NCBI GenBank assembly: GCA_007129695.1
Contig: SKVA01000418.1
Location: 1-32,756, forward strand
Reading direction: 5' to 3'
Source of the DNA: Spirochaetaceae bacterium
Lineage (GTDB): Bacteria; Spirochaetota; Spirochaetia; DSM-27196; SLST01
Length of the DNA stretch: 32,756 bases
The position numbers and the translations under genes were made by a program. Of the stretch, positions 24,343 through 32,675 are shown piece after piece (the stretch's first letter is position 1; every line of letters starts with the position of its first letter). Under the pieces are notes generated by a model that saw nothing but the letters and a program-made list of their open reading frames with translations, was not told where the DNA came from and made no database searches.

Positions 24343-24978
24343 TCAGTCCGAGCCGCGGGCAAGACCACCCGGGGGACGACCGGACGAGGGGCGCTCGGCG
24401 GACAGTCGTGAGAGGCTTTCCGCGTGCGCGAGCAGTTTCTCCGCGTAGAGTGGATCGGTCGCCCATGTGCCGGTCAGACCGGTAACCGTTGGTGCGGCGC
24501 CGCGGCGGACCAGATGGAAGCGGGGGTTCACCAGTTCGGTTCGAAGTGGTTCTGTGGTCGCGTACGCCTTCAGGTGCTGCACGTGCGCAAGGACACCGGT
24601 CCGCATGTTCGAAAAGGAGAGCCCCGGTGCGGTCTCGTTGACTGCTCCGAGACCGGCGAAGTTGTACTGGCTCGCGCGGACCGATCCGCCGAAGCGAAGC
24701 GCTCCGGTTTCGTGAACCATCTGTGCGAGCGCGACGAGCATGCTCACTCCCTCCTGCGCGGTTGCCGCCGCGTACGCGCGATGCAGGAAGCGCACATAGA
24801 TCGCGTCCACCGACGGGTTTCTGACCCTTATATGCTCCAGTAACGCCTCGTACGTGACGTAGTCGTCGGCGAGGATCGGCAGATCGGCACCGACCGATGC
24901 GACCGCAACGCACAGGCACGCGATCGCGATCACTCCGGTCGCGATCCGCCTGGCAGGAGCAGACAAGCCGCGGTTCAT
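24343..24978 (-). CDS. Secreted/anchored GH73-type peptidoglycan N-acetylglucosaminidase-like protein (211 aa).
   Basis: N-terminal hydrophobic anchor RRIATGVIAIACLCVAVASVGA. LAQMVHETGALRFGG...YNFAGLGA carries the catalytic E-T-G context. TWATDPLYAEKLL matches the YATDPxYAxKL block. ATG 24978 overlaps the TGA of the aminopeptidase gene (ATGA). Confidence 0.75.
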   Translation of the reverse strand: MNRGLSAPARRIATGVIAIACLCVAVASVGADLPILADDYVTYEALLEHIRVRNPSVDAIYVRFLHRAYAAATAQEGVSMLVALAQMVHETGALRFGGSVRASQYNFAGLGAVNETAPGLSFSNMRTGVLAHVQHLKAYATTEPLRTELVNPRFHLVRRGAAPTVTGLTGTWATDPLYAEKLLAHAESLSRLSAERPSSGRPPGGLARGSD

Positions 24979-26252
24979 CGTTGCGATGTCTCGACGAACG
25001 CCGTGAGCGCGCGCGCGAGCATGTCGAAGTCTTGGTACGATGCGGTTTCGCGAATACTGTGCATCGCAAGAAGCGGAATCCCTACGTCGACCGTCTTTAT
25101 ACCTGTTCGCGCCCAGCTGAGCGGGCCGACCGTACTGCCGCTCGGCAGATCGCTGCGATTCGCGAGTCGTTGCATAGGCACCCCCGCTTCTGCGCACGCG
25201 CGCGCGAAAAGCGCGGCGGTCGTCGCGGTTGTCGCGTAGCGATACATGCCGTTGGTCTTCAGAACCGGTCCGCCGCCCAGGCGGGGAGCGTAACGGGTGT
25301 CGGACTTGTCGGCGAAACTCGGATGAATGGCGTGCGCGGCGTCGTTGCTGACGATCGTCGACCGCGCGAGCATGATTGCGCGATCCTCACGATCCGCGCC
25401 GTGAGCGGTTGCGACGCGGTCGATGATCGACCTGAGCAGGTCCGATTGGGCTCCCTCACCGGTCTGGCTGCCGATCTCCTCGTGGTTGTACAGGACCATG
25501 AGCCTTGGCCGTCCAGGTTTTGCGTCGACGATCGCGCGCAGACACGTGTAGCAACCGACCAGATTGTCCAGTCTGGGAGCGCAGCAGATCGCCCCGTCGC
25601 CCAGGTGTGCTGGCTGCGACCCATCGACCAGGTAGAGTTCCACCTCGCCTCCCTGGTCGCAACCGCATCCAGGGTTCTGCTCGGCCACGATCGTCAGGAA
25701 CGATTCAACCGCGGCTTGATCCGCCGACGCCGCGTCCGCACGCAGAAGCGCTACCAGATGATCGTGCGGATTGTACTCGAACCCGTCGTTGACCTTTCGG
25801 TTGAGGTGGATCGCCAGGTTCGGGATCACCGCCTCATCGTGAAGCCGGATCAGAGAGACGGCACCGTCTTCGGAGACCGCGATCCCGGCGACCGTGAGCG
25901 GACGATCGAGCCACGTCGCGCGGATCGGACCTCCGTAGACCTCGGTGGCGAGCATCAACGCGCCATGCTTCCACGCGATAGCGCGTTCCTTGATGCGAAG
26001 CGACGGGCTGTCGGTGTGCGCGGCGAGTATCACCAACCCGTCATCGAGCGCGCCGTTTCCCGGGTCGAACGCGATCAACCCGCCCGCACCGACCGTTGTC
26101 ATCCATCGGCCCTGCCACGCGCTGTCCCAGCGGCTGTCCATCGCAACGCTGCGGAAGCCCGCATCGCCGAGCCTGCGCGCCGCCTCATGCACAGCATGGT
26201 ATGGCGTGAGCGCACCGGTCAGAAAAGAGTCCACGTCAGTTCGATCGATCAC
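24975..26252 (-). CDS. M18-family aminopeptidase (aspartyl-aminopeptidase-like), 425 aa.
   Basis: LTPYHAVHEAARRL and AAHTDSPSLRIKE are M18 hallmarks. GTG 26252 overlaps the TGA of the PilZ gene (GTGA). Confidence 0.9.
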   Translation of the reverse strand: MIDRTDVDSFLTGALTPYHAVHEAARRLGDAGFRSVAMDSRWDSAWQGRWMTTVGAGGLIAFDPGNGALDDGLVILAAHTDSPSLRIKERAIAWKHGALMLATEVYGGPIRATWLDRPLTVAGIAVSEDGAVSLIRLHDEAVIPNLAIHLNRKVNDGFEYNPHDHLVALLRADAASADQAAVESFLTIVAEQNPGCGCDQGGEVELYLVDGSQPAHLGDGAICCAPRLDNLVGCYTCLRAIVDAKPGRPRLMVLYNHEEIGSQTGEGAQSDLLRSIIDRVATAHGADREDRAIMLARSTIVSNDAAHAIHPSFADKSDTRYAPRLGGGPVLKTNGMYRYATTATTAALFARACAEAGVPMQRLANRSDLPSGSTVGPLSWARTGIKTVDVGIPLLAMHSIRETASYQDFDMLARALTAFVETSQR

Positions 26253-27013
26253 GGTTGATTCTCGACCTTTTCTATCGCTTCCTGGAGCGTCTGGTGGATA
26301 TACTGGCGTATTCGATGGCGGGGACGATCGTCACCCTTCGTGTACTGGAAGAGGACCACGCGGATCGCAGGATCATCCGATCGGGTTCCGATGACCACGC
26401 CATCGACACCAACAAGCGTTGCCCGCAGCTTCAGCTGGATGTCCCTGAGCAGAGATTTGAAGGGCAGTTCGACTCCGCTGCGAAAACGAACCGCCATGCC
26501 GACCGAGCTTATGTCGAGTATCCGTCCAGTTACGCGTTGACCGTCGATCGTCACGTTGAAACCGGCCCGGTCGTCATCGGCGGTCCGCGCGCGGACGTAG
26601 CGCCGGCGGCCCCGCGCCTCGTTCGCGTCGAGCGCACGCAGCATGATTCGCGTGCTCTCTTCGACACCGAGCTTGAGAGCAACAAAGCCGCACTGTACTC
26701 CGATCTGCATCAGGTACCGTTCTGCAAGCGACGCATCGGCATTGTAGCTGAGCACGCCGACCTTCAGGTCACCGTACGCCTTCTGCGCAAGGAGCGATTG
26801 AACGTAGTCTTGCCACCCCTGTTCGCCAAGCACGCTGTCGATGCCGACCCAGACAATCGAGTCGTTGAACCGAGCCAAGACTCGCTTTGCCCGGTCGGGA
26901 TCCTTGAGCAGGTAGACCTCATATTCGGCGGCAAGCAGCGCTTCGATGAGTTCTGCGGCGACGACACTCGGCGGGTTGAGCAGAAAGACCCGTTTTCCTG
27001 TATCGCCGGCCAT
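26249..27013 (-). CDS. PilZ-domain c-di-GMP receptor with an N-terminal degenerate receiver-like domain (254 aa).
   Basis: Canonical PilZ motifs RRRYVR (RxxxR) and LDISSVGMAV (DxSxxG). The N-terminal ~120 aa has a CheY-like strand/helix pattern (KRVFLLNPP...IVWVGID) but lacks the DD acidic pair. AGGAGG lies 4 nt upstream of ATG 27013. Confidence 0.85.
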   Translation of the reverse strand: MAGDTGKRVFLLNPPSVVAAELIEALLAAEYEVYLLKDPDRAKRVLARFNDSIVWVGIDSVLGEQGWQDYVQSLLAQKAYGDLKVGVLSYNADASLAERYLMQIGVQCGFVALKLGVEESTRIMLRALDANEARGRRRYVRARTADDDRAGFNVTIDGQRVTGRILDISSVGMAVRFRSGVELPFKSLLRDIQLKLRATLVGVDGVVIGTRSDDPAIRVVLFQYTKGDDRPRHRIRQYIHQTLQEAIEKVENQP

Positions 27014-27026
27014 TGAGCCTCCTGTT

Positions 27027-27045
27027 CGACGGCCTATACCCGTCG
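27027..27045 (-). promoter_or_regulatory. Small intercistronic hairpin (6-bp stem, 7-nt loop) between alaA and the PilZ gene.
   Basis: Minus strand: CGACGG-guauagg-CCGUCG, followed by aacAGGAGGctcaATG. Confidence 0.3.
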
Positions 27046-27047
27046 TG

Positions 27048-28262
27048 TCACTGCCGATACCACGACAGGAACTCTGCGAGGCCGGTCAACGCCTCGGCCA
27101 GAACTTCCTCGGTCGGCAGAAAGACGATCCGGAAGTGATCGCAGTCGTGCCAGTTGAACCCGCTTCCCTGAACGATCAGGATGCGCTTCTCGCGCAGCAG
27201 ATCGAGCGCGAACTGGACGTCATTCCTGATCGAAAACCGCTTTGGGTCGAGCCGTGGGAAGAGGTAGAGCGCTCCCTTCGGGAGCGTGCAGGTCACTCCG
27301 GGAATCGCGGTGATCCTTGCGTGCGCGAAGTCACGCTGGTCGCGTAGGCGACCGCCCTTGATCACCAGATCGTTGATACTCTGGTACCCGCCGAGCGCAG
27401 TCTGTATCGCGAACTGTGCCGGCACGTTACTGCACAGGCGCATGTTCGCGAGCATATTGAGCCCTTCCTGATAGTCGCGCGCCTGCAGCTTCCTGCCCGA
27501 CACGACCATCCATCCGGCTCGAAACCCGGGTGCGCGGTAGTTCTTGGACAGACCGCCGAAGCTGATGCATACGAGATCGTCGCACAGTGACGCCATCGTG
27601 GTGTGCTCAAGCCCATCGTAGAGGATCTTGTCGTAGATCTCATCGGCGAAGACGATCAACCCGTGTTCGGCCGCGATGTCGTGGATCGCGTGCAGCGTTT
27701 CGGCCGGGTAGACCGCTCCGGTCGGGTTGTTCGGGTTGATGATGACGATTCCACGCGTGCGGGGTGTGATCCTGCCTCTGATATCGTCGATGTCGGGCAA
27801 CCAGTCCGACGCCTCGTCGCACACGTAGTGAACCGGTGTACCGCCGGAAAGGTTCACCGCGGCGGTCCACAGCGGATAGTCCGGCGCTGGTATCAGCATC
27901 TCGTCACCGTTGTTGAGCAGGCCCTGCATGGCCATCACGATCAGTTCGCTCACGCCATTACCGATATAGATGTCTTCGATGTCGACATCCGCAACCCGCT
28001 GCTGCTGGTAGTACTGCATCACCGCCTTGCGCGCGGAGAAGAGGCCCTTGCTGTCGCAGTACCCCTGCCCTTCGCGCAGGTTGACGATCACATCGTGGAA
28101 CAGCTCGTCGGGAGCGTTGAGTCCGAACGGCGCGGTGTTGCCGATGTTCAGCTTCAGGATCTGGTATCCTTCCTCCTCAAGACGCTTCGCTTCGGAGAGA
28201 ACAGGGCCGCGAATGTCATAGCAGACATCCGCCAGTTTCTTGGATTTGGGTATGCTATTCAT
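27048..28262 (-). CDS. alaA: Glutamate-pyruvate (alanine) aminotransferase AlaA, 404 aa.
   Basis: Colinear and highly similar to my recollection of E. coli AlaA. Matching blocks: VCYDIRGPVL.EAKRLEEEG, LKLNIGN.APFG, GYCDSKGL.SARKA, IINPNNPTGAVY, FADEIYDKILYD, GLSK.YR..GFR.GWM (PLP lysine), MRLC.NVPAQ.AIQTALGGYQSI. ATG 28262 lies 2 nt after the upstream stop. Confidence 0.95.
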   Translation of the reverse strand: MNSIPKSKKLADVCYDIRGPVLSEAKRLEEEGYQILKLNIGNTAPFGLNAPDELFHDVIVNLREGQGYCDSKGLFSARKAVMQYYQQQRVADVDIEDIYIGNGVSELIVMAMQGLLNNGDEMLIPAPDYPLWTAAVNLSGGTPVHYVCDEASDWLPDIDDIRGRITPRTRGIVIINPNNPTGAVYPAETLHAIHDIAAEHGLIVFADEIYDKILYDGLEHTTMASLCDDLVCISFGGLSKNYRAPGFRAGWMVVSGRKLQARDYQEGLNMLANMRLCSNVPAQFAIQTALGGYQSINDLVIKGGRLRDQRDFAHARITAIPGVTCTLPKGALYLFPRLDPKRFSIRNDVQFALDLLREKRILIVQGSGFNWHDCDHFRIVFLPTEEVLAEALTGLAEFLSWYRQ

Positions 28263-28264
28263 CG

Positions 28265-29068
28265 TCAGTCCGCGTGGACCCATTTCTGGGCTTGCTCGAT
28301 GCGCGACGCCAGGAAGAGAACCTGCAGGTTCTGTCGCTGACGTTCTAGCTCGCGCGCCATTCGCTGCGGTGAGTAGCGCTTGCGAAGTGCTTCGCGAGCG
28401 TCGGTGACCTGTCGGGCAACCGCATCATCCTGAGCCGCGAACTGAATGAGCATGTGTGCGGCTAGCGGACGCAGGATCGGATCGTTGAACTCGGTCACGA
28501 CGCGCGACAGCTCGGCTCGCGCGTCGTCGAATCTCGACTGCGACATCAGTGAGAACGCGAGGCCCCACCGTACCCAGTACGGATCCTCTGCCCGCCGGTC
28601 ATCGACAAGCTGACCGAAGTACCGGTGCATCCGCTCTCCGTCCTGCGACAACAGATGCGGAATCGCGAGTTCCATCGACAGTTTCGGGATCAAACCGGGT
28701 TGATTGTCGCGCAGGAACGCTTCGATCTCGGTGATCTGCTCCACGCTGCCGGAGACGACCAGAGCATTGATCAACACACGCGCGCGGTTGCGGGAGATTC
28801 TGCCGGTCGCGCGCATCCGTTGGTCCAGATACGACACGACCGCCGACCAATCCTCCAGCTCCAGGAGCGAAAAGACGCGCCAGTTCATCGCGAAATAGAC
28901 GTTGAGACCCGCGAGCATCAACAGAAAGATCAGCCCGACCGGCCAGTTCTCGCTCCAGAACACGCCGGCGTAGTCCCATCCCAGGACCAGCGCGGGCATA
29001 AAGAACACCAGCAGGAAGGAGATGAGCAGAACGACGTTGAACGCGACGAATAGAACCTTGAACCGCAT
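28265..29068 (-). CDS. Hypothetical membrane protein (N-terminal TM helices plus helical-repeat domain), first gene of the alaA-PilZ operon.
   Basis: MRFKVLFVAFNVVLLISFLLVFFMPALVLG and WPVGLIFLLMLAGLNVYFAM are TM helices. The remainder is helical. GGAG lies 5 nt upstream of ATG 29068. Confidence 0.7.
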   Translation of the reverse strand: MRFKVLFVAFNVVLLISFLLVFFMPALVLGWDYAGVFWSENWPVGLIFLLMLAGLNVYFAMNWRVFSLLELEDWSAVVSYLDQRMRATGRISRNRARVLINALVVSGSVEQITEIEAFLRDNQPGLIPKLSMELAIPHLLSQDGERMHRYFGQLVDDRRAEDPYWVRWGLAFSLMSQSRFDDARAELSRVVTEFNDPILRPLAAHMLIQFAAQDDAVARQVTDAREALRKRYSPQRMARELERQRQNLQVLFLASRIEQAQKWVHAD

Positions 29069-29105
29069 GCGAACTCCAGGGGCTTATTCCGGCACCGCCA
29101 GGCGA

Positions 29106-29134
29106 TTCCTTTTGATCCCGAAATCAGATATCAT
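29106..29134 (+). promoter_or_regulatory. Possible promoter (weak -35 TTCCTT, -10 TATCAT), ending 7 nt before ATG 29142 (candidate leaderless).
   Basis: Plus strand: aaatcagaTATCATcgtgatcATG. There is no SD before the ATG. Confidence 0.25.
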
Positions 29135-29141
29135 CGTGATC

Positions 29142-30284
29142 ATGAAGGCATTTCCTGTGTCTGATCTTCAAGCGGGCCGCTACTTCACCAAGGCTGTCTA
29201 CCTTGACGACAAGTATATCCTTCTGACCCCCGAGACTCAACTGACCGACAGTCTGCTCGAACGGCTACGCGCATGGGAGTACGCCACCGTGCTATCCGAC
29301 GGGGAGAGCGTCACGAATCCGGTACTCTCGTCCGACGACGATGGTGCATCGGTGTCGCTGTCGGTCGACCAGGACGTCAAGGAACAGACGCTGTTTCACG
29401 AGGCCGAAACCTTCTTCAACGAACTGCTCGGTTTCGTCGAACGGATCTTCACCGACTTCGTCACGAAGGGCGAGATCGCGCAGCGTCCGATCGGCGACCA
29501 GGTCAAGCGGGTCATCGATATGACGCGCAGCCACCGCCGGTACCTCCTTCGGCTTGGTGAGATGACGGTCAAGGACAAGAACTACATCGTCAACCACAGC
29601 ACGAAGACAGCGGTCGTGTCGATTGCGATCGGAACGACGCTGCGACTGCCGTCGCACAAGCTCATCGAACTCGGCACCGCCGCGATGCTTCACGAGATCG
29701 GCATGATCCGGCTTCCTCCGCAGTTGTACATGTCGCAGAAGCAACTCAGCGGCAAAGAGCGGCAGGCTATCGCCGCGCACACCGTGCTCGGCTTCAAGAT
29801 CCTGAAGCAGGAGTCTTTTCCGGTAAGCGTCAGCCTTGCGGTGCTCGAGTGCCGGGAGAACCACGACGGTACCGGCTACCCGCGCAAGCTCGCGGGTGAC
29901 AAGATCAGCCTCTACGCGAAGATCATCCGCGTCGCGGGGAGCTTTGCCGCGATGATCAGCGAGCGCCCGTTCCGTGCGGCGCTCGAGGGGCACGCCGCCA
30001 TCCTTGAGATGCTGCAACAGAGCGGAAAGCACTACGACGAGTCGGTTCTGAAAGCGCTGATCGCAAACGTTTCGCTTTACCCGATCGGCACGTACGTCCA
30101 GCTATCGAACGGCACGCGCGGCATGGTGGTTGACACCAACGTTGACAACCCTCGTGCACCCAAGGTTCGCGTGATCGCGGGGCCCCAGGGCGAACGCTAC
30201 GCCGAACAGCCGGTAGTTGATACGGGAATCGATACGACGCACACCGTCGTGCGGGCGATTGCCAGCCCTGTCGCCAAGAACTGA
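29142..30284 (+). CDS. HD-GYP-domain protein with a DUF3391-like N-terminal domain (380 aa); metal-ligand positions are partly substituted.
   Basis: NHSTKTAV, LHEIGMIRLP (HD replaced by HE), AAHTVLG, CRENHDGTGYPRKL (GYP intact, HHE replaced by CRE), RVAGSFAAM (DxxDA replaced by GxxAA). I place the start at ATG 29142. The ORF-track start at 29022 overlaps the divergent gene. Confidence 0.85.
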   Translation: MKAFPVSDLQAGRYFTKAVYLDDKYILLTPETQLTDSLLERLRAWEYATVLSDGESVTNPVLSSDDDGASVSLSVDQDVKEQTLFHEAETFFNELLGFVERIFTDFVTKGEIAQRPIGDQVKRVIDMTRSHRRYLLRLGEMTVKDKNYIVNHSTKTAVVSIAIGTTLRLPSHKLIELGTAAMLHEIGMIRLPPQLYMSQKQLSGKERQAIAAHTVLGFKILKQESFPVSVSLAVLECRENHDGTGYPRKLAGDKISLYAKIIRVAGSFAAMISERPFRAALEGHAAILEMLQQSGKHYDESVLKALIANVSLYPIGTYVQLSNGTRGMVVDTNVDNPRAPKVRVIAGPQGERYAEQPVVDTGIDTTHTVVRAIASPVAKN

Positions 30285-30297
30285 CCCAGGAACGACG

Positions 30298-31983
30298 ATG
30301 AAGACCAACCGATCCGAGGCAATTGCCAAACGCACCTGTACCGTAGAGCTGCCCGACGCCACGGTTGTGACCGTCGCCGCCGACACGCCGCTACTCACGC
30401 TGCTTGCGCCGTTTGACCACGATTCCGACGACCCGGTCGTCGCTGCGCTGCTCAACGGCGAAGCGCTCGACTTGTCGGCTGCGTTGGAGGTTGGAGGAAC
30501 GCTTGCCCCGATCAGGCTCGGCAGCGACGCCGGAATCCGCTGCTACCGGCAATCGCTGTGCTTTCTGCTTGCGCATGCCGTGATCCGGGTTGACGCGTCG
30601 CTGCGGCTGGTAGTCGGACACTCGCTCGGGAACGGCTACTACTACACGTTCGCCGATGCCCCCGCCGAACAGAGCATCCTTGACCGGGTTGCGGCCGAGA
30701 TGGAGTCGATCGTGAGTGCGGATCGTCAGATCACGCGAACAATTCTCTCGCATCGCGACGCGGTGCACTACTTCTCGGCTCACGGGATGGATGAAACCGT
30801 TTCGCTGCTTCGGCACCGTAACGATCCACGCGTCTGCGTGCACTCGTGCGACGGGTTTCTCGACGTGTCGCACGGCCCCCTCGTACCCCGTACAGGGTTT
30901 CTGTCGCGGTTCGCTCTCCAGAAGCTCGATACCGGGTTCGTGCTTCGCTACCCGCCGCACGCGACTCCGCACGAGCTCGGGGAGTACCGGCACAGCCCGG
31001 TGCTCTATGCGACCTACCAGGAGTACAAGGAGTGGGGACGTATCCTTGGTGTGACCTCGGCGGGCCGCCTGAACCAGACGGTTGTCGACGGTACCGTCTC
31101 GTCGTTCGTGCGGGTCAACGAAGCGCTGCACGAGAAGAAGATCGCCGATATTGCAGCGCAGATCCGCAACAAGTCTGATTGTGTTCGGGTGGTGCTCATC
31201 GCGGGCCCGTCGAGCTCGGGGAAGACCACGTTCACGAAGAAGCTCGCGCTCCAGCTCAGCGCGCAGGGACTCAGGCCGATTCTGCTGTCGGTCGACAACT
31301 ACTTCGTCGACCGTGACCGGACACCGCGTGACGATGATGGCGAGTACGACTTCGAGTCGCTGCGCGCGATCGACGTCGACCTGCTGAACGAACACCTGAT
31401 CGACATACTCGCGGGTCGGAAGACCGATATTCCGCGGTACGATTTCAAGAGCGGCAGTCGCACCTTCCGTGGTGATTCGATCACGCTCTGCGACACCGGC
31501 GTGCTCCTGGTCGAGGGTATCCACTGTCTGAACGACGCGTTGACCGAGCGAATCCCGCGCGAGCAGAAGTTCAAGGTCTACATATCCGCGCTCACGCAGC
31601 TCAATCTCGACGATCGCAACCGTATTTCAACGACCGATAACCGGTTGATTCGCCGCATGGTAAGAGATCACCAGTTTCGCGGTCACTCGGCGGAGACGAC
31701 GCTCCTCATGTGGCCGAGCGTACGGCGAGGAGAACGGCGCAGTATCTTCCCGTTCCAGGACACCGCGGACGTCGCGTTCAACTCGGCGCTCGACTACGAG
31801 CTCGGTGTACTGCGGACGCACGCCGAGCCTCTGCTGCGCCGGGTCATCCCCGACAGCGCGGCGTACCCGGAGGCGCGGAGAGTGATAGCGTTTCTTGACA
31901 ACTTCACGAATATCCCGGACAAGTACGTCCCGGAGTACTCAATCCTCCGCGAGTTCATCGGCGACAGCGGATTCCACTACTGA
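30298..31983 (+). CDS. Uridine-kinase/PRK-family nucleoside kinase fused to N-terminal TGS and ThrRS-SAD-like domains (561 aa).
   Basis: P-loop VVLIAGPSSSGKTTFTKKLALQL, then DNYFVDRDRTPRD..GEYDFESL and LLVEGIH. The C-terminal ending is REFIGDSGFHY. AGGA lies 6 nt upstream of ATG 30298, 13 nt after the HD-GYP stop. Confidence 0.85.
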   Translation: MKTNRSEAIAKRTCTVELPDATVVTVAADTPLLTLLAPFDHDSDDPVVAALLNGEALDLSAALEVGGTLAPIRLGSDAGIRCYRQSLCFLLAHAVIRVDASLRLVVGHSLGNGYYYTFADAPAEQSILDRVAAEMESIVSADRQITRTILSHRDAVHYFSAHGMDETVSLLRHRNDPRVCVHSCDGFLDVSHGPLVPRTGFLSRFALQKLDTGFVLRYPPHATPHELGEYRHSPVLYATYQEYKEWGRILGVTSAGRLNQTVVDGTVSSFVRVNEALHEKKIADIAAQIRNKSDCVRVVLIAGPSSSGKTTFTKKLALQLSAQGLRPILLSVDNYFVDRDRTPRDDDGEYDFESLRAIDVDLLNEHLIDILAGRKTDIPRYDFKSGSRTFRGDSITLCDTGVLLVEGIHCLNDALTERIPREQKFKVYISALTQLNLDDRNRISTTDNRLIRRMVRDHQFRGHSAETTLLMWPSVRRGERRSIFPFQDTADVAFNSALDYELGVLRTHAEPLLRRVIPDSAAYPEARRVIAFLDNFTNIPDKYVPEYSILREFIGDSGFHY

Positions 31984-32571
31984 CGGATCGAGTTCGCCGG
32001 GCGACCAGGACAGCGGTTCGCGTGCGATCTGCTCGGTGATTGCCCGTATGAACTCGGCGCGCGGAATCTCCCGTCCGCCCAACCGCGAAACGTGCGGTGT
32101 ATAGACCTGCGCGTCGATCAGCGCGCAGCCCGACCGCCGCAGGTGGCCCGCAAGTACGGTGAAAGCTGTTTTTGACGCGTTCGACTCGTTGCTGAACATG
32201 CTTTCGCCGAAAAACATCCGCCCCAGGCCAACTCCATAGATGCCGCCGACGAGCCGATCTTCGAGCCAGCTCTCACAGCTGTGCGCGTACCCGAGTTCGT
32301 GCAGTGTCGTGTACGCACCGATCATGTCGTCGGTGATCCATGTGCCGCGTTGACCGGTCCGTGGGGCGGCCGCGCACGAGCGGATCACCTCACCGAACGC
32401 CGTGTCGATTGTCACGCGGAATCGTCGCTGTCGGACGACGCGGCGCGTCGTTCGCGACACATGAAGCTCGCTGAGGAACACGACGAAACGTGGATCCGGT
32501 GACCACCAGAGTACCGGATCGCCGTCGCTGAACCACGGGAACACGCCCTGCCGATACGCCGAAAGCAGCAT
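31939..32571 (-). CDS. aat: Leucyl/phenylalanyl-tRNA--protein transferase. The start is uncertain and homology continues upstream of ATG 32571.
   Basis: LLSAYRQGVFPWFSDGDPVLWWSPDPR and GGIYGVGLGRMFFGESMFS match my recollection of E. coli Aat. The in-frame upstream codons read FDFPDVRTANADGVLAVGGNLSPG, which is also Aat-like. No ATG, GTG or TTG precedes them in this frame. Confidence 0.85.
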   Translation of the reverse strand: MLLSAYRQGVFPWFSDGDPVLWWSPDPRFVVFLSELHVSRTTRRVVRQRRFRVTIDTAFGEVIRSCAAAPRTGQRGTWITDDMIGAYTTLHELGYAHSCESWLEDRLVGGIYGVGLGRMFFGESMFSNESNASKTAFTVLAGHLRRSGCALIDAQVYTPHVSRLGGREIPRAEFIRAITEQIAREPLSWSPGELDPSVVESAVADELAED

Positions 32572-32675
32572 GCCCGGCGACAGATTGCCGCCTACAGCGA
32601 GTACGCCGTCGGCATTTGCGGTGCGTACGTCGGGGAAATCGAACGCGTCCGACGGGCCAAGCCATGGAAACGAGG

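Noticed and set aside
24305-27016. ORFs 24305-25069 (-), 24897-26258 (+, 453 aa) and 26255-27016 (+, 253 aa).
   Set aside because: They are out of frame or antisense to the GH73, M18 and PilZ genes. Their translations are Arg-rich with no motifs.
27603-31524. ORFs 27603-28340 (+), 28625-29053 (+), 29292-30032 (-) and 30391-31524 (-, 377 aa).
   Set aside because: They are antisense to alaA, the membrane protein, the HD-GYP gene and the kinase gene respectively.
32390-32665. 91-aa minus ORF starting at ATG 32665.
   Set aside because: It is out of frame with the Aat-homologous translation and Arg-rich. It is only relevant as the misplaced candidate start discussed in the aat finding.
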